Origin: Amphiscolops sp. MND2022
Taxonomy: Eukaryota
Assembly: GCA_964187785.1 (NCBI GenBank)
Contig: OZ076409.1
Coordinates: forward strand, 60,824,001-60,888,000
Direction: 5' to 3'
Length of the DNA: 64,000 nucleotides
The notes below the pieces were generated by a model that saw nothing but the letters and a program-made list of their open reading frames with translations, was not told the origin of the DNA and made no database searches. Below are positions 35,701 through 47,600 of this stretch, in pieces (the first letter of the stretch is position 1; each line of letters starts with the position of its first letter). Made by a program: the position numbers and the translations under genes.

Positions 35701-37230
35701 AGTGGTCCGCTTCCTTCCACCACGGGTCTTTTCTCGACTTGTTTCAAAGCTGTCACTAGCTCAGAGAACGATTCTATTCTTGCCGAACAACTTCGCAGCT
35801 GGTACGACATTGAGTCATATGGTGCCTACAAGCAAGTTGACTCTCGCTCCGCAGCCGATGCGCAAGCGATGAAAATCCTCGAAGAAACGACATTCAACGA
35901 TGGCTGCCGTTACCAAGTTGGAATGTTGTGGGCTGATGAAGAAAGTACGTTGCCGAACAACTACTTCTCGGCTCTTGTACAACTTAAGTCGTTAGAACGC
36001 CGCCTCGGAAAAGATCCTCAACTGAAAGAGAGCTACAGCAAGACAATCAGAGAGGACTTCGAAAAAGGGTATATCGTTCGAGTCGATAAGTCCGAATGTT
36101 TCCGTACCGATAACCGTCGTGAGTGGTACTTGCCACATCACCCCGTAGTACACCCGCACAAACCCGGCAAAGTGAGAAGAGTTCTCAATGGTGCTGCAAA
36201 GTTCCATGGACACTCTTTGAACAACGCCCTTCTAACCGGTCCGGATCTACTGCAAAGTTTGATCCATATCCTCTTCAGATTCCGTCAATTCCCCAAAGCC
36301 GTGTCCGCCGACATTGAAGGCATGTTCTTACAAGTGGGAGTTATACCGAAAGACCAACCGTCAGTTCGTTTTTTGTGGCGGGAGGATCCATCAACCGAAG
36401 TTGCTGTTTTTCAGTACGTAAGACACATCTTTGGGTCGAAGGACTCCCCGACTTGCGCAAATTACGCTCTGAAGAGGACCGCAACCGACAACGTCGACAA
36501 ATTTCCGAAAGCCGCTCAAAGCGTGCAGACGAATTTCTACATGGACGACTACCTCGAGTCTAGCCCCACTGCCGACGAAGCTACCCAGAAAGCCAAAGAC
36601 TTAGTGAAATTGCTTTCGCTGGGTGGATTCAAGTTAACGAAGTTTGTGTCTAATGACCGAAACATCTTGCAACAAATCGAACCAAATTCTGAGTGCCAAC
36701 CCAACGATGGTAAACAGTTACCGACAACTGAGGAATCATCGCACGTACTTGGCCTCAAATGGAACCACGTCTCGGATACACTTGTTGTTAGCCGAGGCAC
36801 CACTCCCGACACAAACCGAACTGTTACTCAACGAGTTGTTCTCAGCCTCGTCTCCGCCGTGTACGACCCTATTGGGCTCGTAGCACCGTACACCGTGAAA
36901 GCCCGACTTCTGCTGAAAGACATATGGAGACTGAGCGGCCAGAAATGGGATGACCTTCTCCCGGAGGACATTGTAACCAAGTTTCTGGACTGGCGTTCTG
37001 AATTGGGAACTCTTAGTGAACTCGTGATCCCAAGAAGTTACTTCCAGCAAAATATCGAGCGTTTGGAGTTACATATGTTTGGTGACAGTTCGCAAGATGT
37101 CTTTAGTACCGTAGCTTTCCTCAGAGGGAAAGTCAACACTGGAGATGGTTGTTCTACTGAAATAGCCTTTGTGTTTGGCAAAGCACGAGTTGCGCCAATG
37201 AAAGCAATGACCATTCCCAAACTCATTTGA
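32725..37230 (+). CDS. BEL/Pao LTR retrotransposon gag-pol, uninterrupted for 1501 aa but truncated inside RNase H (no integrase, no 3' LTR)
   Basis: DUF1759-type gag (YSGDPLQWHEWFGQFKSAID), three Cys/His knuckles (CVACKDSHPLWRC, CFSCLNEGHSFRQC, CTRDGCSSSHNTLLH), protease LCDSACSHS, RT WYLPHHPV / ADIEGMFLQV / FYMDDYL, Pao RNase H LHMFGDSS...KARVAPMKAMTIPKL followed by an abrupt stop. Confidence 0.96.
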   Translation: MTDTRQDKVRKLFESRAKAETELQRLQEKVQDAVENKDRRVRVERLVTSCDEAMTKLFAKHEQLFELASKTEDPSLVKQDLETWLNEVTTRNDEILKKARDYIDQCPPVDGASQSSTTVTRRKQPSKTSASRTSRQSRTSSQRQRDLLIAKQRKEEIERQNDAALRIAKQQQELELERLQEEQELLRLRTDRLKKEQALRVEQLEEENRKKLAEATLTELELTEDLSDSQSEFLDTVSQLAASTKADDTVRVSEWVNNSPVASASDPTNTVILEPNVVIVTTAAQNSVNRGAPTTTPTPSFPVVTPVALPTASTTNNMPPATGPASIVYLPNTGHVQVPQSTTTLQGTNAPSVTASASAPLATATSIPISTVTVPASHVLPNLSAWTFPTRPSNPPVTVTPVTSSATVFPTVIPATSVAPTASPVIPVTAGGTVYYINPKSLATVPAPSSAPIPTTFPAVPSTATLLATPPFVTVPQPATTSFTIQDLAQLLASSKRDHLPEWKLAQYSGDPLQWHEWFGQFKSAIDSAPLTDDVKLTYLKTLVSGKAKTAIAEFAYCGTMYKDALKTLERKFGQPQAVVSAYLDKLANYPPVKMHNSDSIISYSATVSSLVGVFRSLNYLQDLSSASLLGQAVQKLPPNLKEAWSMNTVKRNLDRPTLIHFNDWLKEKAEAHERMKAASSKPRSEEVPVATVTKTKTGTKVFAATTSNQGNGASKVKKEKQCVACKDSHPLWRCTVFRRKTPTERTKLAAESKLCFSCLNEGHSFRQCPQPRKCTRDGCSSSHNTLLHGSDRIFPQKSLGDAKNSQSKTTKTSQRQTGSESSGMPSVTDVKGLLQITEVELTSPSSSAKILALCDSACSHSWISRRLADKLQVKGSATKLTVHGINSQQLIDTETVELKLTPVHSGGSCSSFPVTPYVRDDLKVGNDIIDVDKLKTTYPHLEPIPLSKYSYSDVEMILGQDVFHCIRPLEYFETDRPNTPIAVRSPLGWVLSGPLPSTTGLFSTCFKAVTSSENDSILAEQLRSWYDIESYGAYKQVDSRSAADAQAMKILEETTFNDGCRYQVGMLWADEESTLPNNYFSALVQLKSLERRLGKDPQLKESYSKTIREDFEKGYIVRVDKSECFRTDNRREWYLPHHPVVHPHKPGKVRRVLNGAAKFHGHSLNNALLTGPDLLQSLIHILFRFRQFPKAVSADIEGMFLQVGVIPKDQPSVRFLWREDPSTEVAVFQYVRHIFGSKDSPTCANYALKRTATDNVDKFPKAAQSVQTNFYMDDYLESSPTADEATQKAKDLVKLLSLGGFKLTKFVSNDRNILQQIEPNSECQPNDGKQLPTTEESSHVLGLKWNHVSDTLVVSRGTTPDTNRTVTQRVVLSLVSAVYDPIGLVAPYTVKARLLLKDIWRLSGQKWDDLLPEDIVTKFLDWRSELGTLSELVIPRSYFQQNIERLELHMFGDSSQDVFSTVAFLRGKVNTGDGCSTEIAFVFGKARVAPMKAMTIPKLI

Positions 37231-37870
37231 TGTGTTATGTACCAGTTATTGATTTGAAATTAGACTGTGCATATTTCGATTGAAATTATTTTTAAATTTG
37301 TTAAATTACCTTTTTGAAATAATAGTTATTAACGTTTTTGACATTATTCTCAAATCACGACTACGTTAACATAATTTCTCAGTATGAAGTACATTGAACT
37401 CAAGAATCTAGCAAGGAAAGCAAAATTTCCTTGCAAGATCTTTCAAGTAAAACATTTCCTTGCAAGATCTTTCAAGGAAAACATTTCCTTGCAAGATCTT
37501 GCAAGGAACAAATTTCCTTGCAAGACCTTACAAGTAATTGCATTTTTACAAGGATCTTGCAAGATCCTTGCAAGGAACGCATTTTTTCTCGACCAGGGTA
37601 CTGATTCATTGGCGGATGCACTACCAACTGAGCTATCGTACCTCAAATAGCAACGAACAGAGAGTTACATAAGCAAGTAACTAAAATAGAGAACTAGCAT
37701 CCCGGTTATATTAATTATAAAAATATTCAAGTAACTAAAGCAGTCAAGTACCTTTAAAATAGTCAACTAAGTGAAGTGGGTGGAGAAACTGGCAGAAAAA
37801 CTGATCGACATTTCGCAGAATCTGGAAAAAAGACGCAACACAGATTATGATTTTTCTCTCCCATCATATT

Positions 37871-38672
37871 TTCCGCCTAAATAATTCCAATAATAATAAT
37901 AATTATTATATCAAAATAATTTACTGGAACGCGAAAACAATACAAATAACTTACTTTTTCAATGATGAAATACAAATAATTTATTTTAAGAGTCAAATAA
38001 TTTTACCAATAAAACTTTCAGCAAACGTCTGTCAAATTGTTTACACAAATGTAAAATTTCGTTCACATTTTTTCGCACATTGTGTTCACGCGTTCCCCCT
38101 GTGTGACTTGTACATTAAGTTAACAACCAATTACAAGCAGCATTGTTTCCACACAATTACGTGTACTTTACCATCCCTTAGCTTGTTTTGAACGCCTTGT
38201 TTAATGAATACACATTAAAACCAGATTGAGCAGTTATGAATCAAACAGGTGTTAAAATGTATTTCAAGCATGTCGAGGGTGACAAGTACATTTGTCAATG
38301 CGGGGGAGAATGTAAAAAGAAAATCTGTTAAAGCGACAAAAAGTGTGCGAACCAGCGGCGACTTTGAAATGGGCACCCCAGACATCCAATGTATGTGAAA
38401 GAGGATTCAGTAGGAGCCGACTTACACAGAATCATTTGCGTCACGCTCTAACACCATTGCATGTGGAGGCAATCCAATTCCTATACCATAATCGAGATTT
38501 ATGGAATGCAGAAACTGTTTCGAAATTGATTTAATTCATAAATTATTTCAATAATTGGAATATTTCATATTTTAAACCGATTCTTTTTGGTTATTTATTT
38601 TTAGGGAAAAAAGTAATTAAAAAAACTTATTTTCGAAGAAATAATATTCCAATAATATTTTTGGTAACGCTG
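37871..38672 (+). mobile_element. Internally deleted hAT transposon remnant
   Basis: BED-finger-like YFKHVEGDKYICQCG (~38237) lies next to the hAT dimerisation motif TSNVCERGFSRS..LRHALTPLHVEAIQFLYHNRDLW. Right end ggtaacgctg; left TIR eroded. Confidence 0.75.
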
Positions 38673-38699
38673 ATTATATGTGGGCCAAAAATATTAGGT

Positions 38700-39620
38700 T
38701 TTGAACTTTTGATCAAAATTCTGTCCGCAGTGTTTGGGAAGCACCTTGCAACTGTTCAAAGATTGCAACACTCTGCTACTCGTGAAGTTTCACTTCTTTG
38801 GTGTTTTCTGCTTTCACAGTTGTTTGAGTAGAAGGAAGAAAATCACTATCTCTGTAGCGTTTTGATTCAACTTTGTGAATGCTACAATTTTACTTTTTGT
38901 TTCACTTTTGTGATTGCTACAATTGTCCTGCTGAAGTACGTAATCACCCGCCATGAAGTCCATTATCAAGACATACGTAAAGGAGCCAAGCATACTTATA
39001 TAAACAGTCCCTTCCTCTTTTCCTAGAATTATTTTCATTTTCAAAATCTACTACAAATAAGATCCTATGATGCCGATTTCCACATTCTCCAGCTTGTCGT
39101 TTATCGCGAGGTATAATTTCTTTCCTGGCACGCCATATGCTCTAATTATCCGGGCCATCCAAACTGAACATTTTCGTCTGCAAAAACAACTTTTTAAAAG
39201 TCTATTTGGTCTGGGTCGCATCTTGAAATACTTCAATCCATTTGGCCACATCCAGTAAGGCCACGGTGCATAGTGCGAACAGAGACATTAAAATGGTCTC
39301 TCACCATTCAACAAATACCGCGCGGTGCCTTTCTTGGTCGTTTCCTCAAAAATGGCAACATCGTTTTCTAGTTGAATATTAATCACTTCGAATAAGTTTG
39401 GAAGGGCGACCCAAATGTTTTTTCGGTTTATCACGGTCAGTTTCAATCATATATTCTACAGTTATATTGGGTAATTGTGCATTTCCATTATCGGATAAAT
39501 GGCTCCTATTTTGCGGTGTCTTTCTATCGAATCCTTCTAACAAATCAGGGTTTGTGATGAACAATTACCACAGTACCTTCTTTCAAGCAAACAGTTTGCG
39601 GAATTGTAAAATGATTCGCC
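38700..39620 (-). pseudogene. Decayed Tc1/Tc3-like transposase
   Basis: GRPSKL, frameshifted DE[K]MFSLDGPD (~39150-39180) and YVLQQDNCSNHKS in the expected order. Confidence 0.75.
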
Positions 39621-40891
39621 TGAAACATTTTGTCACTTTTGCACGCTGCGGCGTGAAATCACAGGTTTAAAAATGGTCTGAAAAAGATTCACTTGTAGCG
39701 TTGCAGTCTATTTACCATTAACACAAACTTAAGACAAGTTGCGTTCTTCAAACTAAGTTTGATTTGCAAATCAACCGGAGGACATTTTCATCGAACTTAC
39801 AGGGAACAAAAGTGTTGTTCGTCTTGAAAGACATATAGTTACTACCGTTTTGAAAACTCGTCCTTTGAGCTCGGCGATGTGATTCAGTACCTCGGATTTT
39901 CTTTCAAAAAATTCAGCTGATCACGCCGTTGAAGAACTTTTGTATTGAGCCAAATTATGTTGGCCTCACTTGACAAATTGGTAAACAACCAAGGCTTCAC
40001 CTTGATTTATCTAAAACTTCAACAATTTTTGGAAGTAAAGAGTTTGTTATACAGAAGGGTTTCAGCGTTAGTTTAGGCGCTTATTGATTAACGTCGTTCG
40101 CAGAAACAGTTTCCAAATAAGAATATTGGAATCTCTCTTATTGTCAGATTTTTTGTAGCTTCATTTTTCTAATGAAAATGCTCAAAGTTTCTTTCGCCAG
40201 TGCTCAACCATTGCCCAATTTTTTAGTCTGTTTACCAGGGTTACCCTAATTTGCGGAAGCGCTTTTGTTCTCTTGGGAAGTTTCCGGGGATTAGCTAGAT
40301 ATGTTTAGTGATTTTTCCTGCAACTAAGATGCTTTACCGATCAGCGCCAAAAATGTCTCTGGTTTTGACGTATTTGCCACCGGTCCTGATATCGAGGGTA
40401 ATCGCCTTCGGTTTCAAACACAAGAATAATACTCTTTCTATAGGGGAAAGCACACCCTCAAAACACTAATAACACAAACAATATGAAGTATTTCTTTTTT
40501 TCATTTAGCCAGGAGGGTCTGGCTGCATTGGAATTGTCATGTTTCTTCGGACCCTTTCCAATATTGGCTGCTACTGACTTGGTGACCTAGCTATTTGCTT
40601 TTTTATTTGAGGAAAGTTTCATAAATAATAACATGCTAGTAAGTGTCAATCTTACGCCATCTTTTGTAGAAACTGGCGGTTTCAAAAACCATCGTGAGAG
40701 AAGTGATTGTTTTTTTCCTGAAACGAAATCAGAGGCGCATAGAATTTAATGGGTTCATATAGGGTTTTCTCTGGGTCTTGGTATCTGATTGCTTTGAGAA
40801 AATACCAAATATAATATTTTTCAAAGAGTTTCAACCACCAGATTCCAATCTTTGGTTGTGATAAATGCATGAAAAATTTCAGCAAAAAATC

Positions 40892-41021
40892 TTTTCGATG
40901 AAACATTGGATAAGTCTTTGCCAGTATTTTCGAATCGCTAACTTCGAAACATTTTTATTATTGTTTTGAGATTAGCGATTTCAAAATTTTGGCAAAGACT
41001 TATTCAATGTTTTATCGAAAA
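40892..41021. repeat. ~130-bp imperfect palindrome (MITE-like)
   Basis: ttttcgatgaaacattggataagtctttgcca...aatcgctaa is the inverse of ttagcgatt...tggcaaagacttattcaatgttttatcgaaaa. Confidence 0.8.
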
Positions 41022-43091
41022 ATTTTCTGTTACAGCAAAAAAAGAAAGGCATAATTGCTGATTTCATTTAAGATTAGAATCTCAAATAAAATCAGCAATT
41101 GTTTTTTTTGTTTTTTTTTGTTGTGACAGAAATTTTGGTATTCAATTGATACGAAAGTTGAAAATTTTGGCAATAATTTATCCGATGTTTTATCAAGAAA
41201 ACTTTTTTTAAATTGAACAAACCATAATGACTAAACTTCTTTAAAAAAGCTTGAAATCGTTCCAATTTTGATTTTGCAGCGAAAACTTTAAAATGCATCG
41301 CAACTCATTCAGAATTTTGCACCTGGTGCTGGCAATCATGAAAGGATGCTTCAGTTTCCCATAAATAGATGACATTGTCTCAATATATGTCGGTGTTTTA
41401 AGAGCCTGTATAATCCGAGGTCGTTTATTTTTGATCAAGAGACAAAAACTCTAAAATTGACTTTAGCAGCGATGTATAAAGACTTTCAAGCTATGAACAT
41501 AGATTGTTACATGTGGACATAAAACGGGACATAAAACTGTTATTAAGAGTTGTAAAACTCACCAATGTTGACAGGTCAGCTTTATGAAAGGTCACCTTAG
41601 AGCAGAAGGTCAATTCAGAGAGTAGAGTAACCTCTTTAGTTGGAAAAGGGTCAATCGTACCAGGTAACGTTTTGGTATGTTCATAATTAAAAGGTAAACT
41701 TGTTCAGTAACTTCTTATAGGAGTGTTCTGTTAATATGAATTCAGAAAAGTGACCTGTATCTGCTATGACGTAAAAAGGCTTCAACTTCCACATATAGCC
41801 ACGAGAAGACTTCCAGGGAAAAAATCCAGGAACGTTTACAGTACTGTTCCATTAATGGAGTTATTGACCTGGGGAAAGTTATTAAAGAACATGACTAGAA
41901 TTGGAAAGAAACAGTAAAATCAACTTCGATCAAGAAAATTATTCGGTCTGAAACAAAAGCTCCTAAAGCTAGTTGGATTGTGTTTTAACATTACGAACGA
42001 ATGTTTGCTCTTGTAGTTTCGCAACGACAGGTATTGTAAGGTTGTGGAGATCCGAGGAATTGTTCGCTCAACTTCTTTGGGATTAAACATCTCAGGGAGT
42101 GAACTTGTCAAAAATCAATGTTTTCAAAACTCAAAGAGGGTGTTAACAATTTCCTTTTGCTTTTGTTGAAGAGTCAAAGAAAAGTTTGATAAAAAGCAAA
42201 CCATCAACACAGGGGCGTTGACTTTGAGACGTTTCTGTGGTTATTGCAGGTTCTTGAGTAGTTTGGCGTTGTTTTCTTGCAGGAAGAAACATAAGCCCGG
42301 GGTAAAACGTGTTGATTGAGCGGGTGGAGGCACTAACAGGTACTAACCGGTAAGGGGTGGCAGGTACTAGCAGCAAGTAAGCAGATGCAAAAGCCGCGAG
42401 TTGGGGTATCACGTGGTTTGATCACGTGGTATGATTGCTAATGAAAAGACTGTTTTGCATAAATCATTAATACTTATATGTAAATCAAGTTTTCATTCTA
42501 TTCTCAGCTAAGCTTAGGAATTAACTTTTCTTGTGTAATCAGAATTAAAAATCAAGAAAAGACGACGCAAAATTTTGCATCCAATTATTATTTCTTGCAA
42601 ATTCAAAATTCAGGCCACAGCCGGCGCATTTTCGCCACCGGCCCGAAGCTGCTACAAAGAAGGCAACGGCACTATATTAATATGCAGAGCGGGCGAAATT
42701 GAGCTCAAGCCTTCTCTAAGGAGCCCATTCAAATTCGCCCGCTAAGCCCCCGAGGTCCAAAAATGCATTTTGAATATTGATGTTATTTTCATTTTCTCTC
42801 AATACAACCAACTTCTCCTCAGAATTCCTTCTCATTCTAACTCTCTGTTACTTTCCGTTGTTCTTTCGATTAAACACTAAACTCGTCGTCCGCCGATAGT
42901 TACTTCATACCTCTGTTGTAATTTGTGCCTCTCCTCGCTTATTATTATTCTTATGCTCATTTTTATTCTCGACCCTGAACCGCGACTCTCGGTTGACAAT
43001 CTATCAACTTGAACAAATGGGCCCCTCCTTTTTGTCGAACTCCGTGCTCGACATTGGGTCCTGCTATACGCCCTCTTCTGTTTCATTTCAA

Positions 43092-43200
43092 TAATGACGT
43101 CATCATGATATATCCGACAATGACGTCACGATGACACACCTGACAACAACATATCAATGACACATCCGATTATGACGCCACGATGAAATATCCGACAACT
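43092..43200. repeat. Degenerate ~25-bp minisatellite (atgacgtcacgatgacatatccgaca)
   Basis: About 4 units visible. Confidence 0.7.
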
Positions 43201-44289
43201 TATGTGGCATTTATCAACTTGTAAGTTAATATACTATTCGTATATATAATCGTTTTCCGCCAGCGATAATATTTTTCAAGCCAGTCTCATTCGAACTGAT
43301 CTTCGAAAGAAACCGAAAAATCCGGATATTTAACTAACGAAATATTCGACGAGAAGCAAAAATTTGGCAAAAGCGAATTGAAGTTTTTAGTTCTTTGAGA
43401 TTCTTTTTATGTAGTTTTCAAGTTATAACTCTTTTAACCGGTATTTACTCACCACATTTAGTTGCAATGGCTTTACCATTGAACAGAAGAACCCGCTTAT
43501 TGAGTCTTGAGGGTGACCTCTTAGGTTGCATTTTGGTTTTGTGGAACTGACGGGAGGTTTTTCAATGATTGCGTTTAAGCATATGAAGAAAAATTTGCCT
43601 TTTTTGGCTCTGTGGGAATTTTTGTGGATAACTTTTCAAAAAAGTTTGGTTGTTGCCGTTTTCAGTTAGAAAAACGCGTTTTTGGAGCTTAGGTTCACAG
43701 CTTTAGGTATTTAACAGACTTCGGCACTGTTACAATTTTTTCAAACTAAACATGGTTCCAGAAAATCACAGAATCAAGTTGTTAAAAAACTTCTAGAAAA
43801 CAAAACTGGCCTCTCTACCCTGAAAAATCACGCCTTGGAAATTTTGAAGAAGTATGGTACGGTTGTTTTTCAAATTGCTTCTCACTCTTTTGTTACCCAC
43901 CATGGGCGATCGACACATTTCTAGCTTCTGTATTTTTTCAACTCCTACTACGATACTGCCGATTTCGGATTAAAAGCGCTATCTCCGAAGTGTTGACGTT
44001 GTTTCCAATTTTTTCTGCTATGTTACCGTTGGCTTAGTGGACCGTTGTCATTGTGCACCGCTGGCTTAGTGAACCGTCGGCTCTGCGTATCGCCGATTCT
44101 CACTATGCCGAAATATTTACTTGACTGAAATTATTTACGAGATTGAAATTAAGTAAATAAATTGTACATAAAACTAACCAAAGCAACTATTTTCTGAACA
44201 GATTAACCAGAGTTGACATTGGACCGGCCCGCCTAGGCTATGCAGGCTGCGGGCGAACTATGCGGACGACGGGTCACGTCCTGTGGACC

Positions 44290-44690
44290 AGAGCGGGCAG
44301 TTTAAAAACATTTACGTACTAAGAAAAATAAATTGGGTTACATTAAAAAGTAAGTATTAGTAAAAGTGAGTATTAGGAAAAGTTAGAATTACGCAAAAGT
44401 GAATTTTCACTCCTCTTTGGCATCGTCGAGAGTTTCATGAGAATATAAGTCGTCCTCTTCTTGCAGAACTTCAAATCTCTTGATTGCCCTAACCGCCAAA
44501 ACGTTGTACCTCAAGAACAACATCTTCTCCATTAAGTCATTGGATAGGCTCGCACGCATTTTGGTGTGAATAGACTTGTTTGGAGAATACCCTCTCAACT
44601 TCTGTCTCGATTGAAAAAAAAATTCCTGAGAAATGTAACCAGACATGTGTATCGTTCTTATTGCAGTGACGGGCAATTTCTGAGAAAGGG
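44290..44690 (-). pseudogene. hAT transposase C-terminal remnant
   Basis: TEVERVFSK plus, after a frameshift, IHTKMRASLSNDLMEKMLFLRYN (dimerisation domain). Confidence 0.75.
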
Positions 44691-47600
44691 CGGGCCGCAG
44701 ACCAGAGTTGCGGGTGCGGCCCAAAACGGCCCGCTTCCAAACCTCGCAGATTTATCAATTTTTAATTTGTTCCTCAAATCTGATTAGGATAACAACGCTT
44801 CGTACACGTAATTAACTGGAGAATTTTTAAACAATTAAAAACATTTATTTAAATTGCAACTCGCTTCTTTTAAAGAGCTTGATCACTCGTTGAAATTAAA
44901 ACAAGATGCCCGCTAAGCACTGGGATATTTTCCGCTAAACATGTAACGCATCAGCCCTGGTTCGAACCAACGACCTCGTATCTTCCAGGTGGAGATTTGG
45001 CTAGAGGAGTTTTGGCAAGTGGAGATTTGTGCAAGTGGAGATTTGTGCAAGTGGAGTAATGAGTAATAAAGTGGAGTTCAAGTAACTAAAATAGTCAAGT
45101 AACTGTATAAAATAGTCAAGTAGTGGATGGACATCGTGGCGATATGGCGCAATTTGGAAAAAAGCAACACAGATTTTGATTTTGCCACCCCATTATATGT
45201 GGGCAGAAAATAACAATTTGTTTCTTCTGAAAGAGCTGGTTTTTATATTTTACGCCTCTCTGGATATCTTTTCAAGAGAACTATTACGTAGGCACAAATA
45301 TACTGTTCCTCTCGAATTCTTCTTAATTTCGATGACGATAATATGAAAAATCCAGGGCCGCACAATCATGAATGTACTTTTGATCACATTGATCGAAATA
45401 GATTTCGTGAGCTCAAGATTCAAAAAAATAAGTACGAACTGAAATCACTTCTTGAAATATTCAAAAAAGGTATCGCTAACTCTCTAAACATAAACAATCT
45501 CTCAAGATCTCCTTGTTTGGTATCATTGTATCGAGCAAGGCAAAATACGATGGTTCGTTCTCCAAAAACTGTTGCTGACATTCAATTCTAAACAAATCTT
45601 GTAAATTTTTTGTACAATATCAAAGTGACTCGATGGCGTTTTTCTCAACTCAGTTTTTCGGCGTGATTTTTCTGCGAAACCATTAGTCGTGATGGAACAT
45701 TTCAATCAACTACAAGACCTTTTTGGGGCTTTGAGCTTTGCGAGATGCCCTTATAGTCGAATTTTTTCGGCTAAATTCGTGACATGTGCCTAATTTTCAA
45801 ATATATAAGGCAAATTTTTCTAAACTGAGAATATATATGGATACAATGTTTTCAATTAAACTTTCAAAAGATCGCAGACAACTTTTCCACCGAAAAAAGT
45901 GGTAAAATGTCGACTTTGTGATTTTTCTGCGAAGTTTTTTCCAAAAAACCCAATTTTTGACTGTTGTGCATCTCTAATCCCCTATACCTCAGAACCGAGA
46001 CGGAATACAGAGTGAACGGTTTCGTAAATTGTTCGAAATTTTTCTAGGCCATATTTGAGCCTAAAAATGAACTCAAATTTATATATTTTTTCATTCCAAG
46101 TTTTTCACTTTTTCTTGTTCCTTATGTCCCAGGGCCGAGATCAAATACGTCATCCAAGGTTGTGCAAATTATACAAGGGTTCTATGGCCTACATTTTAGC
46201 CTAAGAGGTGACGTTTACATTTTTGTCTAGCTTTTCTGGGCAACTAAGGGATGAAATGCATTTGAGAAAAAACGAGCCGCGGACCATAGTTGCGGGCGTG
46301 GCCCGAAACGGCCCGCTTCCAACCCTCGCAGATTTATCAATTTTCAATTTGTTTCTCAAATCTGATCAGGATAATATTGCTTCGTACACGTAATTAACTG
46401 GAGAATTTTTTAAACAATTAAAAACATTTGTTTAAATTGCAACTCGCTTCTTTTAAGAGAGCTTGATCACTCGTTGAAAATGAAACAAGATGCCCGCTAA
46501 ACACAGGGATATTTTCCGCTAAACATGTAACGCATCAGCCTTGGTTCGAACCAACGACCTCGTATCTTCCAGGTGGAGATTTGGCTAGTGGAGATTTGTG
46601 CAAGTGGAGATTTGGCAAGTGGAGTAATGAGTAATAAAGTGGAGTTCAAGTAACTAAAATAGTCAAGTAACTGTATAAAATAGTCAAGTAGTGGATGGAC
46701 ATCGTGGCGATATGGCGCAATTTGGAAAAAAGCAACACAGATTTTGATTTTGCCACCCCATTATATGTGGGCAGAAAATAACAATTTGTTTCTTCTGAAA
46801 GAGCTGGTTTTTATATTTTACGCCTCTCTGGATATCTTTTCAAGAGAACTATTACGTAGGCACAAATATACTGTTCCTCTCGAATTCTTCTTAATTTCGA
46901 TGACGATAATATGAAAAATCCAGGGCCGCACAATCATGAATGTACTTTTGATCACATTGATCGAAATAGATTTCGTGAGCTCAAGATTCAAAAAAATAAG
47001 TACGAACTGAAATCACTTCTTGAAATATTCAAAAAAGGTATCGCTAACTCTCTAATCATAAACAATCTCTCAAGATCTCCTTGTTTGGTATCATTGTATC
47101 GAGCAAGGCAAAATACGATGGTTCGTTCTCCAAAAACTGTTGCTGACATTCAATTCTAAACAAATCTTGTAAATTTTTTGTACAATATCAAAGTGACTCG
47201 ATAGCGTTTTTCTCAACTCAGTTTTTCGGCGTGATTTTTCTGCGAAACCATTAGTCGTGATGGAACATTTCAATCAACTACAAGACCTTTTTGGGGCTTT
47301 GAGCTTTGCGAGATGCCCTTATAGTCGAATTTTTTCGGCTAAATTCGTGACATGTGCCTAATTTTCAAATATATAAGGCAAATTTTTCTAAACTGAGAAT
47401 ATATATGGATACAATGTTTTCAATTAAACTTTCAAAAGATCGCAGACAACTTTTCCACCGAAAAAAGTGGTAAAATGTCGACTTTGTGATTTTTCTGCGA
47501 AGTTTTTTCCAAAAAACCCAATTTTTGACTGTTGTGCATCTCTAATCCCCTATACCTCAGAACCGAGACGGAATACAGAGTGAACGGTTTCGTAAATTGT

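Larger units (their letters stand above)
30006..37598. mobile_element. 7.6 kb non-autonomous TIR element with TA TSD, containing a BEL/Pao fragment
   Basis: TA|CCCTGGT..AAAAAATGCGTTCCTTGCAAGGATCTTGCAAGA at the left and the inverse ..ACCAGGG|TA at the right. Subterminal arrays of (tt)ccttgcaagatctt at 30025-30140 and 37400-37575. No transposase. Confidence 0.9.
29922..38690. mobile_element. HINE/DINE-1-like element with tRNA-like core, split by two nested insertions (own sequence ~29922-30005, 37599-37870, 38673-38690)
   Basis: Same ends and body as the intact ~310-bp copies in the array at 44.9-51.5 kb (cccgctaa..gggatattttccgct; aagtaactaaaatag; gcaacacagatt; attatatgtgggc). Rejoining across 30006-37598 gives, on the minus strand, A box TAGCTCAGTTGG and B box GGTTCGAATC. 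Confidence 0.7.

Noticed and set aside
41550..42430. Possible secreted-protein gene (MIPQLAAFASAYLLLV...) next to two CACGTG boxes
   Set aside because: Non-ATG start, short frame with stops downstream, no recognisable domain or splice pattern.
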